Of a stretch of 63,488 bases of DNA, positions 8,401 to 17,376 are shown piece after piece. A program made the translations under genes and the position numbers. The stretch covers positions 1-63,488 of the forward strand of contig JARKSN010000035.1 of assembly GCA_029974275.1 (NCBI GenBank). Reading direction: 5' to 3'. The DNA comes from Candidatus Hydrogenedentota bacterium (GTDB lineage: Bacteria > Hydrogenedentota > Hydrogenedentia > Hydrogenedentales > SLHB01). The notes beneath the pieces were generated by a model. It was given only the letters and a program-made list of their open reading frames with translations. It was not told the DNA's origin and did no database searches. The first letter of the stretch is position 1. Every line of letters starts with the position of its first letter.

Positions 8401-9151
8401 GGCCCGGTTGGCGGAGTATGGCGAGCAGTAGTTTTCCTTCGTCGATTTCTTTCGCCCAAACGGGGACGTCGCCGATTCTGTCGTCGCACGATCCGGTAAG
8501 CGTGAGCGCTATGAGGTTGATTGTGGCGAGGGTGTCGGAGTTGACGATTTCCAGCGCAACCACCGGAACGTTTGGGCGGGGATTGCGCACGGAGAATCTC
8601 CAGAAGGCGACCGCTTGGGGCTGTTGGCCGTTCATGAAGACGTCCGATTCTGTCTGTGCCGCAAACAGCATCTGGCCGGGTCTCCACCAATCTTCGATGT
8701 TGATGCCGCCTCGGAGCGGAATTTCGGCCTGCTCTCCGTCCGCGTACTTCAGCGTATACGAGCCGATGCGTCCTCCGGATCGCTCCGTGAAGTGGAGGAA
8801 ATGCAGTCCTTCGCAGGAAATGCCTGGAAGGTCGACGGACTGCTTTGTGCCAGGTCGGACCGGGCTCCTCGCGTCGGAAACGAGGAAAGGAATTCCGTCA
8901 TACTCTTTCAAGCCGGGCTTTAATTGTCCAAACAAGCCGCAAAGCCCTGGCTCCAGGATTTTGGCCAAGTCGACGGTGCGGGGGGGGGTCGTGCGCGATG
9001 CGCCAGGATCCTCGCGGTCTGCGATCTGCTCTGCGCTTTGTTTGGGCTGATGTTCGGTTTCGTGCGGGCTGGTTTGAGTGCGCGCATGTTGGCATCCCAA
9101 GAACAGGACCCAACATGCGGAACACGCGATGGTCCAAAAGATTCTATTCAT
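5480..9151 (-). CDS. Large putative lipoprotein: beta-sandwich domain, HEAT/PBS-lyase repeats, FG-GAP/VCBS beta-propeller
   Basis: Signal with LFLGC lipobox; repeated AALALGRIG/AAQALAEVG helices; C-terminal DINRDGNND, DVDEDGWPD, DVNSDGRID, DVDGDGDND, DINNDGLQD, DFDEDGLLD repeats. Confidence 0.88.
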   Translation of the reverse strand: MNRIFWTIACSACWVLFLGCQHARTQTSPHETEHQPKQSAEQIADREDPGASRTTPPRTVDLAKILEPGLCGLFGQLKPGLKEYDGIPFLVSDARSPVRPGTKQSVDLPGISCEGLHFLHFTERSGGRIGSYTLKYADGEQAEIPLRGGINIEDWWRPGQMLFAAQTESDVFMNGQQPQAVAFWRFSVRNPRPNVPVVALEIVNSDTLATINLIALTLTGSCDDRIGDVPVWAKEIDEGKLLLAILRQPGPAPGKERACEDLAHMGTLESVPLLASYLDDEQLSHAARLALASMSYPEAKAALRDALGRTAGAIKAGIIESLGTTRDVQHIPLLTPLLRDEDPLIATSAALALGRIGSSDAIAALKTATRESSGRLRIVAMDALLSCAEKLAPRDSKSAYALYTWLFNEEGPEQTKAAAYRGMVCTSGGKAPELISAALSGDDPNLWGVALSTVREIPGTRVTQTSAELLGRAPRAVLPGLIEAMAQRGDKGAASSLVPLLSDPEPAIAGPAIQALALIGDASTAPALVKTAAHADDAHRAAALQALTQIDDPKTAAALLNRLKMADAAETVVIAKVLGLRKDKGVGSALRQLLRSHEASVRMAAAQALAEVGEAKDAELLCHAIERAENDTERASAKRALGMLGKRIDTPPPFVDAVLAALKKDDLKLHCALLDLCAILPNPEFLHALDNATADANAEIQDAAIRSLAESENPQALPRLVALLDTTNDLTHRVLTFRGIARLATNNPDIDEATRETSLLRALAVADRPEEKKLFLGALGACPTIDALKAVEHHLASDDVVEEAVLAWGQIAKPLLSSRPEEVRAALPAVLARARAAGVSRNAMHAANDVKKALAAVPAPGNQVRFERIAIDRQFRSEGVAVADINRDGNNDILAGDVWYEAPEWKLHEIRPAKVYDPNTGYSKCFANFTTDVDEDGWPDSIIIGFPGAPAHWLRNPGEGGGHWQEYLLATSAAGETPLYGDLLGDGKPVPVFATNSRVTWFRPAQDKTAPWLPFPISHSLESFAQFGHGLGMGDVNSDGRIDIISTEGWWQAPQDRARPDWAFREAKLGPACANMIVYDVDGDGDNDIITSSAHEYGVWWFEQRQENGAITFEQHEIHKGISQTHALILADINNDGLQDLVTGKRYYAHCGHDPGCHEPAILCWFELQRPEPGKVTYQMHEIDADSGVGTQFEVCDFDEDGLLDVATSNKKGVHLFLQRRSQ

Positions 9152-9338
9152 CGCGAAGTCTCCCCATGTGTTATGTTCCATTGCTTCTATCAAAATCTTT
9201 CTTGGCATTCAATGTCCATATGGCAGGCGTTCCTGGGGATTCGGTTTTTCCCTTCTTCCTTGCTTTCGTTTGCGCAGGAATTTACCATGGTGGCGTCATG
9301 TCTATCTGCTTCGAATCGAGATACGAAACGGGGCGCCT

Positions 9339-11117
9339 ATGATTCCGCTCGTTTCCGGCAATAGGTCTATGTCATTTGCGGCGCTGCTGTTGTGTGCGAT
9401 GTTTGCGGCCTCTTGCACAACGGTCGAGGCGGCGCGTGCGGGCAGCGACGTCGCATGGGCTAACGATTCGTCGCGCCTGGAGGAGTCGCCGTTTCCCCTA
9501 GAGGATCGCGTGCGTCCCATTTCCGTGAGCGTCCCGGAAGGGGGCGATGCGTCTTTGCCCATCACGTGCGACGGGGCCTTGTTGACGGCCTTGATGCATA
9601 ACCGCGCCATCGAGGTCGCCCGTTGGGGACCGGCGATTGGGGAGACCTTCGTTCCCGAGGCGCGCGCTGCATTCGATCCGGCGCTTCTATCGTCGGTCGC
9701 ATGGGAGAAAGGCGACAGCCAGCGATCTTCCGCCTCGTCCGTCTCGTCCGGATCGGCCAATGTATCTTCTGTTTCCACGACGAGCGGGGGCGTGGCGCCT
9801 GCGTTGGAAGACGCCATCGACGTTTTGACGGCGCTCCGGCGTTTGGCGGCGCTCGAGGCGCGGCGGGAGCGGCCCGTGGCGCGCGCCGAGGAAACGGTTG
9901 GTTCCATCGCCATTCGCCAGAGATTTCCTACGGGGTCCAGCGTGACCGTCTCGGGCGGCGTGACGGCTTCGACCAATAGCGCGACGGGGGACGACAACCT
10001 TGGTCATTGGACCGTCGAGGTGCAGCAGGCGTTGCTGCGCGGGGCTCCGTTGGCGGTGAATCTTGTTACGTTGCGTCAGGCGCGCAATCGGGCTGCGCAA
10101 TCGGAACATGCTTTTTGTGCGGCGGTGCTGGCGGTGACGCAGCGCGTGGAAAAGGCGTATTGGGATTTGGCGTTAGCCAAGGAGACTTTGGCGATTCGCC
10201 GGTTCGGCGTTGCGTTGGCCGAGGAGCAACTCGCGCGGCAGCGGGATTTGTTTTCCGTGGGGCGCGCGATAGAGGGGGACGTGATGGCGGCTCGGGCCGA
10301 GGAGGCCTCGCGCCGGGCGGATCTCGTGGATGCGGAGGCGAATTGGCGCCAGCGGACCATCGCGCTGATACATCTGCTTGGCGTTGAAGATGCGGGCCGG
10401 TGGCGCATGACGCTTGATCCGCAAGACATGCCAGACGTATCGCCTGTGGAGGTTGACCCGGACATTAGCGAGCGGTTGGCGTTGCGATATCGCCCAGAGC
10501 TTGCCCAAGCGGAATTGGAAGCGGCGAATTTGGCTCTTGATGTCCAGCGGGCCGCGAACGATTTGTTGCCTCAGTTGGATTTAGTGGCCTCGTATGGGCG
10601 CACAAGCCGCGGCGATGAGACGTCGGATGCGACTCGTTTTCTGGATTCGTCTCGTTTCGAACAGTATCGCGTGGGCGTGCAGCTGCAGACGCCGATTCTC
10701 AACCGGGCCGAAAGGGCGCGCTATCGCCGGGCGGACCTGTTGCGCGAGCAGGGCGATCGTTTGGTAAGCAGTATCGAGTTGGCGCTTGCCGCGGAGGTGC
10801 GTCAGGCGGCGATACATGTGGATCGTCTGCAGGAGCGCATCCGGGCGACGCAGGAGGCGTTGAAGAATCGCGTCGAGCAATTGCGCGTGGCCTTGGACAG
10901 GAATAGCGTTGGCAAGACGACGAATCTGGATGTGTTGCTGGTGCAGCGCGACCTGATTCAGGCGCGCGTAGAGGAGGTTTCGGCTCGCGTTTCGTATGTC
11001 GAGGCATTGACGGATTTGTACGCGGCGGAAGGCACGCTGCTTGCGCGGCGCGGCATATCGTTGGACTACGTCCAGAAGGCGGGAAGCGCCCCTCCGCCAG
11101 AAGCAACTCCGGAATAA
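9339..11117 (+). CDS. TolC-family outer membrane efflux protein
   Basis: VEKAYWDLA, RYRPELAQ, LLPQLDL, GKTTNLDVL; first gene of TolC-MFP-RND operon; start 9339 or 9369. Confidence 0.88.
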   Translation: MIPLVSGNRSMSFAALLLCAMFAASCTTVEAARAGSDVAWANDSSRLEESPFPLEDRVRPISVSVPEGGDASLPITCDGALLTALMHNRAIEVARWGPAIGETFVPEARAAFDPALLSSVAWEKGDSQRSSASSVSSGSANVSSVSTTSGGVAPALEDAIDVLTALRRLAALEARRERPVARAEETVGSIAIRQRFPTGSSVTVSGGVTASTNSATGDDNLGHWTVEVQQALLRGAPLAVNLVTLRQARNRAAQSEHAFCAAVLAVTQRVEKAYWDLALAKETLAIRRFGVALAEEQLARQRDLFSVGRAIEGDVMAARAEEASRRADLVDAEANWRQRTIALIHLLGVEDAGRWRMTLDPQDMPDVSPVEVDPDISERLALRYRPELAQAELEAANLALDVQRAANDLLPQLDLVASYGRTSRGDETSDATRFLDSSRFEQYRVGVQLQTPILNRAERARYRRADLLREQGDRLVSSIELALAAEVRQAAIHVDRLQERIRATQEALKNRVEQLRVALDRNSVGKTTNLDVLLVQRDLIQARVEEVSARVSYVEALTDLYAAEGTLLARRGISLDYVQKAGSAPPPEATPE

Positions 11118-11155
11118 GCCGCAGATGCGCGTGGGCAAGATGGGAAGAAAACGCC

Positions 11156-12394
11156 ATGGTTGATTCTCTGTTTCGTGCGAGCGGGCTCGTGATGCTTGTG
11201 TGTGGGACGCTTGGGGTCGGGTGTTCCAAGGGCGCTGGGCCGGCGGATGGGCGTGCGGGCGCGGGCGTTCCTCCGGCGGCGGTGCGCGTGGCGGCGGCGG
11301 AGACGCGGAGGGTTCCTATTCAGCTTCAGGGCGTGGGTGCGGTTGAGCCATATCGCAGCGTCAGCGTCAGATCGCAGGTAAGCGGCGAACTCCAGGAGGT
11401 TTTGTTCGCGGAGGGGGATCGCGTCGCGAAAGGCCAATTGTTGTTTCGTATCGATCCCCGTCCTTTCGAAGCGGCGTTGCGGCAGGCGCGAGCCAACGAG
11501 GCGCGATCGCGCGCCTTGGTCGAGCAGGCCAAGGCCAATGCGGCGGAGAGTCGCGCCAAGGCCGACAATGCCCGCACATCGTTCGAACGGGACAAGGCCT
11601 TGTTGGATCGAGGCTCTTTGTCGCAGGAGGAATTCGATGCCGCGCGCACCAATGTGGAGATGCTTGCGGCGGCGGTCGTGGCGGACGAGGCGACGGTGAG
11701 ATCCAATGTCGAGTCTATTCGAAGCGCGGAAGCCGCCGTGGCCGATGCGGAGCTGATGCTAGGGTATTGCGCCATCCGCGCCCCCATCGATGGCAAGACG
11801 GGCAGTTTGTTGGTCCATCCGGGCAATCTGGTGCGGGCGAACGATGTGCAGGCGCTTGTGGTGATCAATCAAATCGCGCCGGCGCAGGTGAGTTTTACGT
11901 TGCCGGAAAAAAGCTTTGGCGAAGTGGTTTCGCGCATGGCTCACGGCGCGCTCGAAACGCGGGCGTTCATTCCTGGCCAGGAGGACCATCCGGCGATTGG
12001 CGTCCTGACGTTTATTGACAATGCGGTGGATCGCGCCGCGGGCGTTTTCCGTCTCAAGGCGACGTTTCCCAACGAGGATGAGCGTTTGTGGCCGGGACAA
12101 TTCGTCCATGCGGTTATGACCGTAGCGGTGTTGGAAGGGGCGACGTCCGTTCCTGCGCAGGCGGTGCAGACGGGTCAAAGCGGAACGTTCGTTTACCTGG
12201 TGAAGTCGGACATGACCGTTGAGGCGCGATCGGTTGTCGCGGGGGAGCGGTTTGAAGGGTTCCTCGTTATCAAGGACGGCGTGCGTCCGGGCGATCAGGT
12301 CGTCATCGATGGCCAGTTGCGCCTGGCTCCTGGGGCGAAAGTGAAGATCATCGGCGACGCCGATCCGGACGCGACCGCGGGATCGACGGGATGA
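11156..12394 (+). CDS. RND efflux periplasmic adaptor (MdtA-like)
   Basis: VRSQVSGEL, EGDRVAKGQLLFRIDPRPF, IRAPIDG, LWPGQFV; ATGA overlap with the RND gene. Confidence 0.95.
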   Translation: MVDSLFRASGLVMLVCGTLGVGCSKGAGPADGRAGAGVPPAAVRVAAAETRRVPIQLQGVGAVEPYRSVSVRSQVSGELQEVLFAEGDRVAKGQLLFRIDPRPFEAALRQARANEARSRALVEQAKANAAESRAKADNARTSFERDKALLDRGSLSQEEFDAARTNVEMLAAAVVADEATVRSNVESIRSAEAAVADAELMLGYCAIRAPIDGKTGSLLVHPGNLVRANDVQALVVINQIAPAQVSFTLPEKSFGEVVSRMAHGALETRAFIPGQEDHPAIGVLTFIDNAVDRAAGVFRLKATFPNEDERLWPGQFVHAVMTVAVLEGATSVPAQAVQTGQSGTFVYLVKSDMTVEARSVVAGERFEGFLVIKDGVRPGDQVVIDGQLRLAPGAKVKIIGDADPDATAGSTG

Positions 12395-15300
12395 ACATAT
12401 CCGACCTGTTTATCCGGCGTCCGGTGATGACGACGCTTGTCATGGCGACGATATTCATGGCGGGCGTGTTGGGTTACGTGAATCTTCCGGTCAGTGATTT
12501 GCCCAATGTCGATTTTCCAACCATATCGGTTTCGGCGGGCCTGCCGGGAGCAAGTCCGGAAACCATGGCGTCGTCCGTGGCGACGCCGCTGGAACGCGCC
12601 TTTTCCACCATTGCCGGCATCGACACCATGAGTTCGGTCAGTTCGCTCGGTTCGACGCAAGTGACGTTGTCGTTCGCTCTTGATCGCGATATAGACGCGG
12701 CGGCACAGGACGTGCAGTCGGCGATTGCGCGCATTGCCCGAAGTTTGCCGAGCGATATGCCCAATCCCCCTTCGTATCGCAAAGTGAATCCGGCGGATTC
12801 GCCCGTTCTGTTCATTGCGCTGAGTTCGCCGGTGTTGCCGTTGTCGGAGGTGGATGAGTTCGCGCAGACGTATATGGCGCAGCGCATCTCGATGGTGTCG
12901 GGGGTCGCCCAGGTGCAGGTGAACGGCGCGCAGAAATATGCCGTGCGTGCGTTGCTGGACCCCAGCAAGCTTGCGGCGCTTCATATCGGCATTGACGAAG
13001 TTGCGGGCGCTATCCGGGCCGCGAATGTCAACATGCCTACGGGAAATCTTCAGGGCGATCGCCAGGCGTTCACGCTGCAAACCAGCGGACAGCTCTTGAA
13101 GGCGGACGCTTTTAGGCCGGTGATCGTGGCGTGGCGGAACGGGGCCCCTGTTCGCCTGGAGGATGTGGGCCAGGTCGTTGACAGCGTCGAGGAAAATCGA
13201 ACCGCCGCGTGGTATAAGGACACGCGGGCGATCGTGCTCAGCGTTCAGCGTCAACCCGGCACGAACACGATCGAAGTCGTCTCGCGCATCCGGGAATTGC
13301 TGCCCGCGCTGCGCGAGCACATGCCCGCTTCCATGAACATGGACATTTTGTTCGATCGCTCGGAATCGATCCAGGAATCCGTCAACGACGTGAAGCACAC
13401 GCTGGTCCTGACGACGGTCCTGGTGATTGTTGTCATTTTCCTTTTTCTGCGCAATGTCCGCGCGACCGTCATCCCGGCGCTCGCCATGATCCTCTCCATC
13501 GTCGGCACGTTTGCCGTCATGCATCTGTTTCATTTCAGCGTCAACAATTTGTCGCTGATGGCGTTGACGTTGTCCACGGGCTTCGTGGTGGATGACGCCA
13601 TTGTCATGCTTGAAAACATTGTGCGGCACATGGAGCGGGGCGAGCCGGCGCGCGAGGCGGCCCATCGGGGCTCTTTCGAAATTGGCTTCACGATTTTGTC
13701 GATGACGTTGTCGCTGGTGGCCGTATTCATTCCCGTTTTGTTCATGGGAGGGATTGTGGGGCGTTTGCTTCACGAATTCGCCGTCACCATCAGCGTGGCG
13801 ATTCTCATTTCGGGATTTGTTTCCCTCACGCAGACGCCTATGCTCTGCAGCCGTTTCTTGAAGCCGATGCGGCGCGAGGATCACGGGGCTTTTTACAATG
13901 CGATGGAGGGCGTGTTCACCGGCATGCTCAGCGCCTATCGCCGGACCCTGCACGGCGTCATCGCGCATCCGCGGCTGACGATGCTGCTGTTCATCCCGTT
14001 GGTCTGGGGAACGTATGCGCTGTTTGGAAGCATGCCCAAGGGCTTTTTGCCGAGCGAGGACACCGGGCAATTGTTTTGCGCCACGGAAGCCGCCCAAGGC
14101 GTTTCGTTCGACGAGATGGTGCGGCAGCAACAGGCGGCGGCGGAGGTCGTGCTCGAGGATTCCAATGTCGACGCGTTCATGTCCGTTGTGAGCGGCGGCA
14201 ATACGGGGCGCTTGGTGCTGCGGTTAAAGCCGCGCCATCAGCGTCTGGGCGTGGACGCGTTTATGCAGCAGATACGCCCGCGGCTTGCCCAGATTCCGGG
14301 GATTCGCGTGTATATGCAGAACCGGCCCAGCATCAACATCGGCGGGCGATCGAGCAAAAGCATGTATCAGTTTTCGCTTCAGTCTCCGGATATCGCCGAG
14401 CTTTTTCACTATGCGCCTTTGCTTGAGCAGACGTTGCGCGAGGTTGATGGGTTTCAGGATGTGACCACCGATTTGCAGATATCCAATCCAGAGGTGGACA
14501 TTGATATTGATCGCGACCGGGCCGCCGCCTTGGGTTTGAGCGCGCTGCAGATCGAGGATGCGCTCTACACGGCCTATGGGTCGCGGCAGGTCTCTTCCAT
14601 CTATGCGCCAAACAACCAGTATGATGTTATCCTGGAGTTGCAACGCGAGAGCCAAGCCACGCCTGAAGCGCTGTCGCTGCTGCATGTCCGGTCGCAGTCC
14701 GGACGTCTTGTTCCGCTAAGCGCCGTCGCTTCGTTCACAAGAAGCGTGGGCCCCATCAGCATTGCCCATATTGGCCAGCTGCCTGCGGTCACTGTGTCGT
14801 TCAATCTGGCTCCCGGGTATGCCTTGGGTTACGCCGTCTCAAAAGTCAACGAACTGGCGCCGCAGGTTTTGCCGCAGAGCATTACGCCGAGTTTTCAGGG
14901 AACCGCACAGGCCTTCCAGGCATCGATGCAGGGGATGGGCATTCTCGTGCTCGCGGCCATCGTGGTCATTTACATTGTGTTGGGCATTCTGTATGAGAGT
15001 TTTATTCATCCGATCACCATCCTGAGCGGTCTGCCTGCGGCGGGCGTGGGTGCGCTGCTTACCTTGTGGTTGTTCGGCATGGAATTGAACATTTTTTCCA
15101 TGGTCGGCATTATCATGCTGATTGGCATCGTAAAGAAAAACGCTATCATGATGGTCGATTTCGCCATTGACGCGCAGGCCCGGGACGGCGTCGCGCCCAG
15201 GGACGCGATCTACAATGCGTGCTTGATCCGTTTTCGTCCCATCATGATGACCACCATGGCCGCGTTGATGGGGACGCTCCCGATAGCGCTCGGATGGGGG

Positions 15301-15474
15301 GCGGGATCCGAATCGCGTCGCCCTCTGGGCATGGCCGTGGTGGGAGGGTTGCTCGTGTCTCAGTTGCTCACGTTGTACATCACTCCTGTTGTTTATCTTT
15401 ACCTGGAGAAACTGCACGGGAAACGCCGCCGCTCATTCGTGAAAAAAGAGAGTTCGCCTGATCCTGCGTCGTGA
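12391..15474 (+). CDS. RND efflux permease (MdtB/MdtC-like)
   Basis: FIRRPVMT, LPNVDFPTI, PGASPETMA, VVDDAIVMLENI, GIVKKNAIMMVDFA, RFRPIMMT. Confidence 0.96.
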   Translation: MNISDLFIRRPVMTTLVMATIFMAGVLGYVNLPVSDLPNVDFPTISVSAGLPGASPETMASSVATPLERAFSTIAGIDTMSSVSSLGSTQVTLSFALDRDIDAAAQDVQSAIARIARSLPSDMPNPPSYRKVNPADSPVLFIALSSPVLPLSEVDEFAQTYMAQRISMVSGVAQVQVNGAQKYAVRALLDPSKLAALHIGIDEVAGAIRAANVNMPTGNLQGDRQAFTLQTSGQLLKADAFRPVIVAWRNGAPVRLEDVGQVVDSVEENRTAAWYKDTRAIVLSVQRQPGTNTIEVVSRIRELLPALREHMPASMNMDILFDRSESIQESVNDVKHTLVLTTVLVIVVIFLFLRNVRATVIPALAMILSIVGTFAVMHLFHFSVNNLSLMALTLSTGFVVDDAIVMLENIVRHMERGEPAREAAHRGSFEIGFTILSMTLSLVAVFIPVLFMGGIVGRLLHEFAVTISVAILISGFVSLTQTPMLCSRFLKPMRREDHGAFYNAMEGVFTGMLSAYRRTLHGVIAHPRLTMLLFIPLVWGTYALFGSMPKGFLPSEDTGQLFCATEAAQGVSFDEMVRQQQAAAEVVLEDSNVDAFMSVVSGGNTGRLVLRLKPRHQRLGVDAFMQQIRPRLAQIPGIRVYMQNRPSINIGGRSSKSMYQFSLQSPDIAELFHYAPLLEQTLREVDGFQDVTTDLQISNPEVDIDIDRDRAAALGLSALQIEDALYTAYGSRQVSSIYAPNNQYDVILELQRESQATPEALSLLHVRSQSGRLVPLSAVASFTRSVGPISIAHIGQLPAVTVSFNLAPGYALGYAVSKVNELAPQVLPQSITPSFQGTAQAFQASMQGMGILVLAAIVVIYIVLGILYESFIHPITILSGLPAAGVGALLTLWLFGMELNIFSMVGIIMLIGIVKKNAIMMVDFAIDAQARDGVAPRDAIYNACLIRFRPIMMTTMAALMGTLPIALGWGAGSESRRPLGMAVVGGLLVSQLLTLYITPVVYLYLEKLHGKRRRSFVKKESSPDPAS

Positions 15475-15534
15475 GCAATTCCGTCAAGCCTTTCGTGCGC
15501 CGCTTTTCGTCCTCTTCTTTTTCGTAGGTTCTCT

Positions 15535-15543
15535 TGATATAAT
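15535..15543 (+). promoter_or_regulatory. Extended -10 promoter element
   Basis: TGATATAAT (TGnTATAAT) about 225 nt upstream of the radical SAM gene. Confidence 0.5.
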
Positions 15544-15767
15544 GGGGGAAGACTGAGGTAGATTGCTTTATCATGGGCGACAATGATCTTGCCCAGGCAG
15601 TGGGCGTGCGGCGCAAGAGGGGAAAGACGCCTTGCCTGGGAGCAAGTCGTTCCCGTGCGAAGCAGCTGTTTGTTGCGACCTAACCTACATGCCAGAGAGT
15701 TTATTTTGTTTTTGCGGCGTCGTTGTCGGGATGCCGTGATGACGTGCGGCTCTGGAGGGCATCCTGG

Positions 15768-17312
15768 ATGAAGAAGCTTTTGTTTGCGCGTACGCCGCGC
15801 CGGTACTGGCAGTATGTGGTCACCGACGACAATTTTTGGATGCCGCTGAGCTACCCTTGTCTTGCGGCGGCATTGCGGCGACGCATCCCGGACCTCGAAA
15901 TAATGGTTGTCGACTGTTGCGCCCTTAAAATGGGGTGGAAGACCTTCGAGCGCCGGTTGCGCGAGGAGAAACCCGACTTCTACGGCATCGGCGACGAGAG
16001 CATGTATGCCGACGAGGGCATCCGTTCGGCCATGATCGTCCGCGAAGCCAATCCCGATTGCATTAACATCGGCGGCGGGCGGCATTATCCCTTCTTCCCG
16101 GAATGGCACCTCGGCAAGGACAAGGCCTTCGATTATCTTGTGTTCGGCGAAGGAGAAGAAACCTTTCCCGATCTGATGGAAGCGCTCCTCTCGTCTTCGC
16201 CGAAGGTGGATTCGATTCCCGGCATTATCTATCTTGACGGCGACAAAATCGTGCGCACCCCGCTGCGGCCCGTCATCAAAGATCTCGATACATTGCCCAC
16301 GCCGGCCTTCGACATCATGCATCCGGACATCTACGGCCAGCGCGGACGTCTGTGGGCGTTCAGGAATTCCTTGCCGATGCAGCACTCGCGCGGGTGCGTG
16401 TCGGGCTGCACGTATTGCTCCTTCTGGCCCGCGGAGAGCGAGTGGTATGTGAATGACGCCGGCGCTCTCAAGGCCACGCCGCTGTATCGCACGAAGAGCG
16501 TGGCGAAGACGGTCGACGAGATGGAGTTCATGTACAAGACGTATGGCTGCCGCCAGTTCAACTGGGTGGACGGCACGTGGAATGCCGACCCGAAGTGGAA
16601 CGACGAGTGGGCGACCGAGATTCTCAAGCGAAAGATGAAATTCGGGTGGTATGCCATGATGCGCGCCGACATGCTGTTGCGCGATGAAAAATTGGGCATT
16701 CTTGAGAAGATCGTGAAGAGCGGCCTGAACATGCTCATTCTCGGTGCGGAACGCTCGAACCCCGCCGATCTCGAGAACTTGAAGAAATACAATTACGGCG
16801 ACGACACCGTCGTGCGCGCATGTCAGCTCATGCGCAAAAAATACCCGCAGGTCTGGTGTCAGACGACATACATGATGGGCTTTCCCGATGAGACGCGCGA
16901 GTCGATGTTCTCGTTGCTCGAACACGCCCGCCGCAGCGGAGCGGATTTTTCCGCGTTCCATTTTGCGACGCCATACGTCGGTACCGCGCTGTGGGACGAG
17001 GCGATCGAGAAGGGGTGGATTCGCGACACGGATTTCCGCAACTACGACTGGTTCACGCCGGTCATGAAATGCGAACACCTCACGCCCGAAGAAGAACTCG
17101 ACATCTACTACACCATGACCAAGAAATTCATTATGGGGAATAGCCGTTTCTATACCGGGTTGTTCAGTCCGTATCCGTTCAAACGTGGGCTGTACTGGTG
17201 GTTCTGGGTCGTCGCGGCCCTGTTTGTGCGCGCCAAACTCCGCGCGAAAAAGACCAATTCCCTCGGCACGCCGTATCTTGTCAGCAAGAAACCGTGGTGG
17301 TATGAGGCGTAG
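15768..17312 (+). CDS. Cobalamin-binding radical SAM enzyme (BchE-like superfamily)
   Basis: N-terminal B12-binding region (IGGGRH, VFGEGEETF, DLDTLPTPA); SRGCVSGCTYC; GGAGGG RBS. Confidence 0.92.
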   Translation: MKKLLFARTPRRYWQYVVTDDNFWMPLSYPCLAAALRRRIPDLEIMVVDCCALKMGWKTFERRLREEKPDFYGIGDESMYADEGIRSAMIVREANPDCINIGGGRHYPFFPEWHLGKDKAFDYLVFGEGEETFPDLMEALLSSSPKVDSIPGIIYLDGDKIVRTPLRPVIKDLDTLPTPAFDIMHPDIYGQRGRLWAFRNSLPMQHSRGCVSGCTYCSFWPAESEWYVNDAGALKATPLYRTKSVAKTVDEMEFMYKTYGCRQFNWVDGTWNADPKWNDEWATEILKRKMKFGWYAMMRADMLLRDEKLGILEKIVKSGLNMLILGAERSNPADLENLKKYNYGDDTVVRACQLMRKKYPQVWCQTTYMMGFPDETRESMFSLLEHARRSGADFSAFHFATPYVGTALWDEAIEKGWIRDTDFRNYDWFTPVMKCEHLTPEEELDIYYTMTKKFIMGNSRFYTGLFSPYPFKRGLYWWFWVVAALFVRAKLRAKKTNSLGTPYLVSKKPWWYEA

Positions 17313-17376
17313 GCTTTGTGCCTATGTCCGACGCGATCGAGTGTGAATGACGCTTCGTTAGTGTTATCCTCTTGCT

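Noticed and set aside
9078..9338. N-terminal extension of TolC in the ORF track, and similar extensions of typA, priA, HNH, E2, ispH and M16
   Set aside because: Overlap neighbours or lack RBS; downstream starts match family N-termini
12295..14130. 611-aa antisense ORF
   Set aside because: Shadow of the RND permease; expected from GC-rich codon bias, no motifs
15544..15767. Cobalamin riboswitch upstream of the B12 radical SAM gene
   Set aside because: Conserved core and B12-box motifs not visible; kept only as an unassigned structured leader
15399..17078. 559-aa antisense ORF
   Set aside because: Shadow of the radical SAM gene, no recognisable domain
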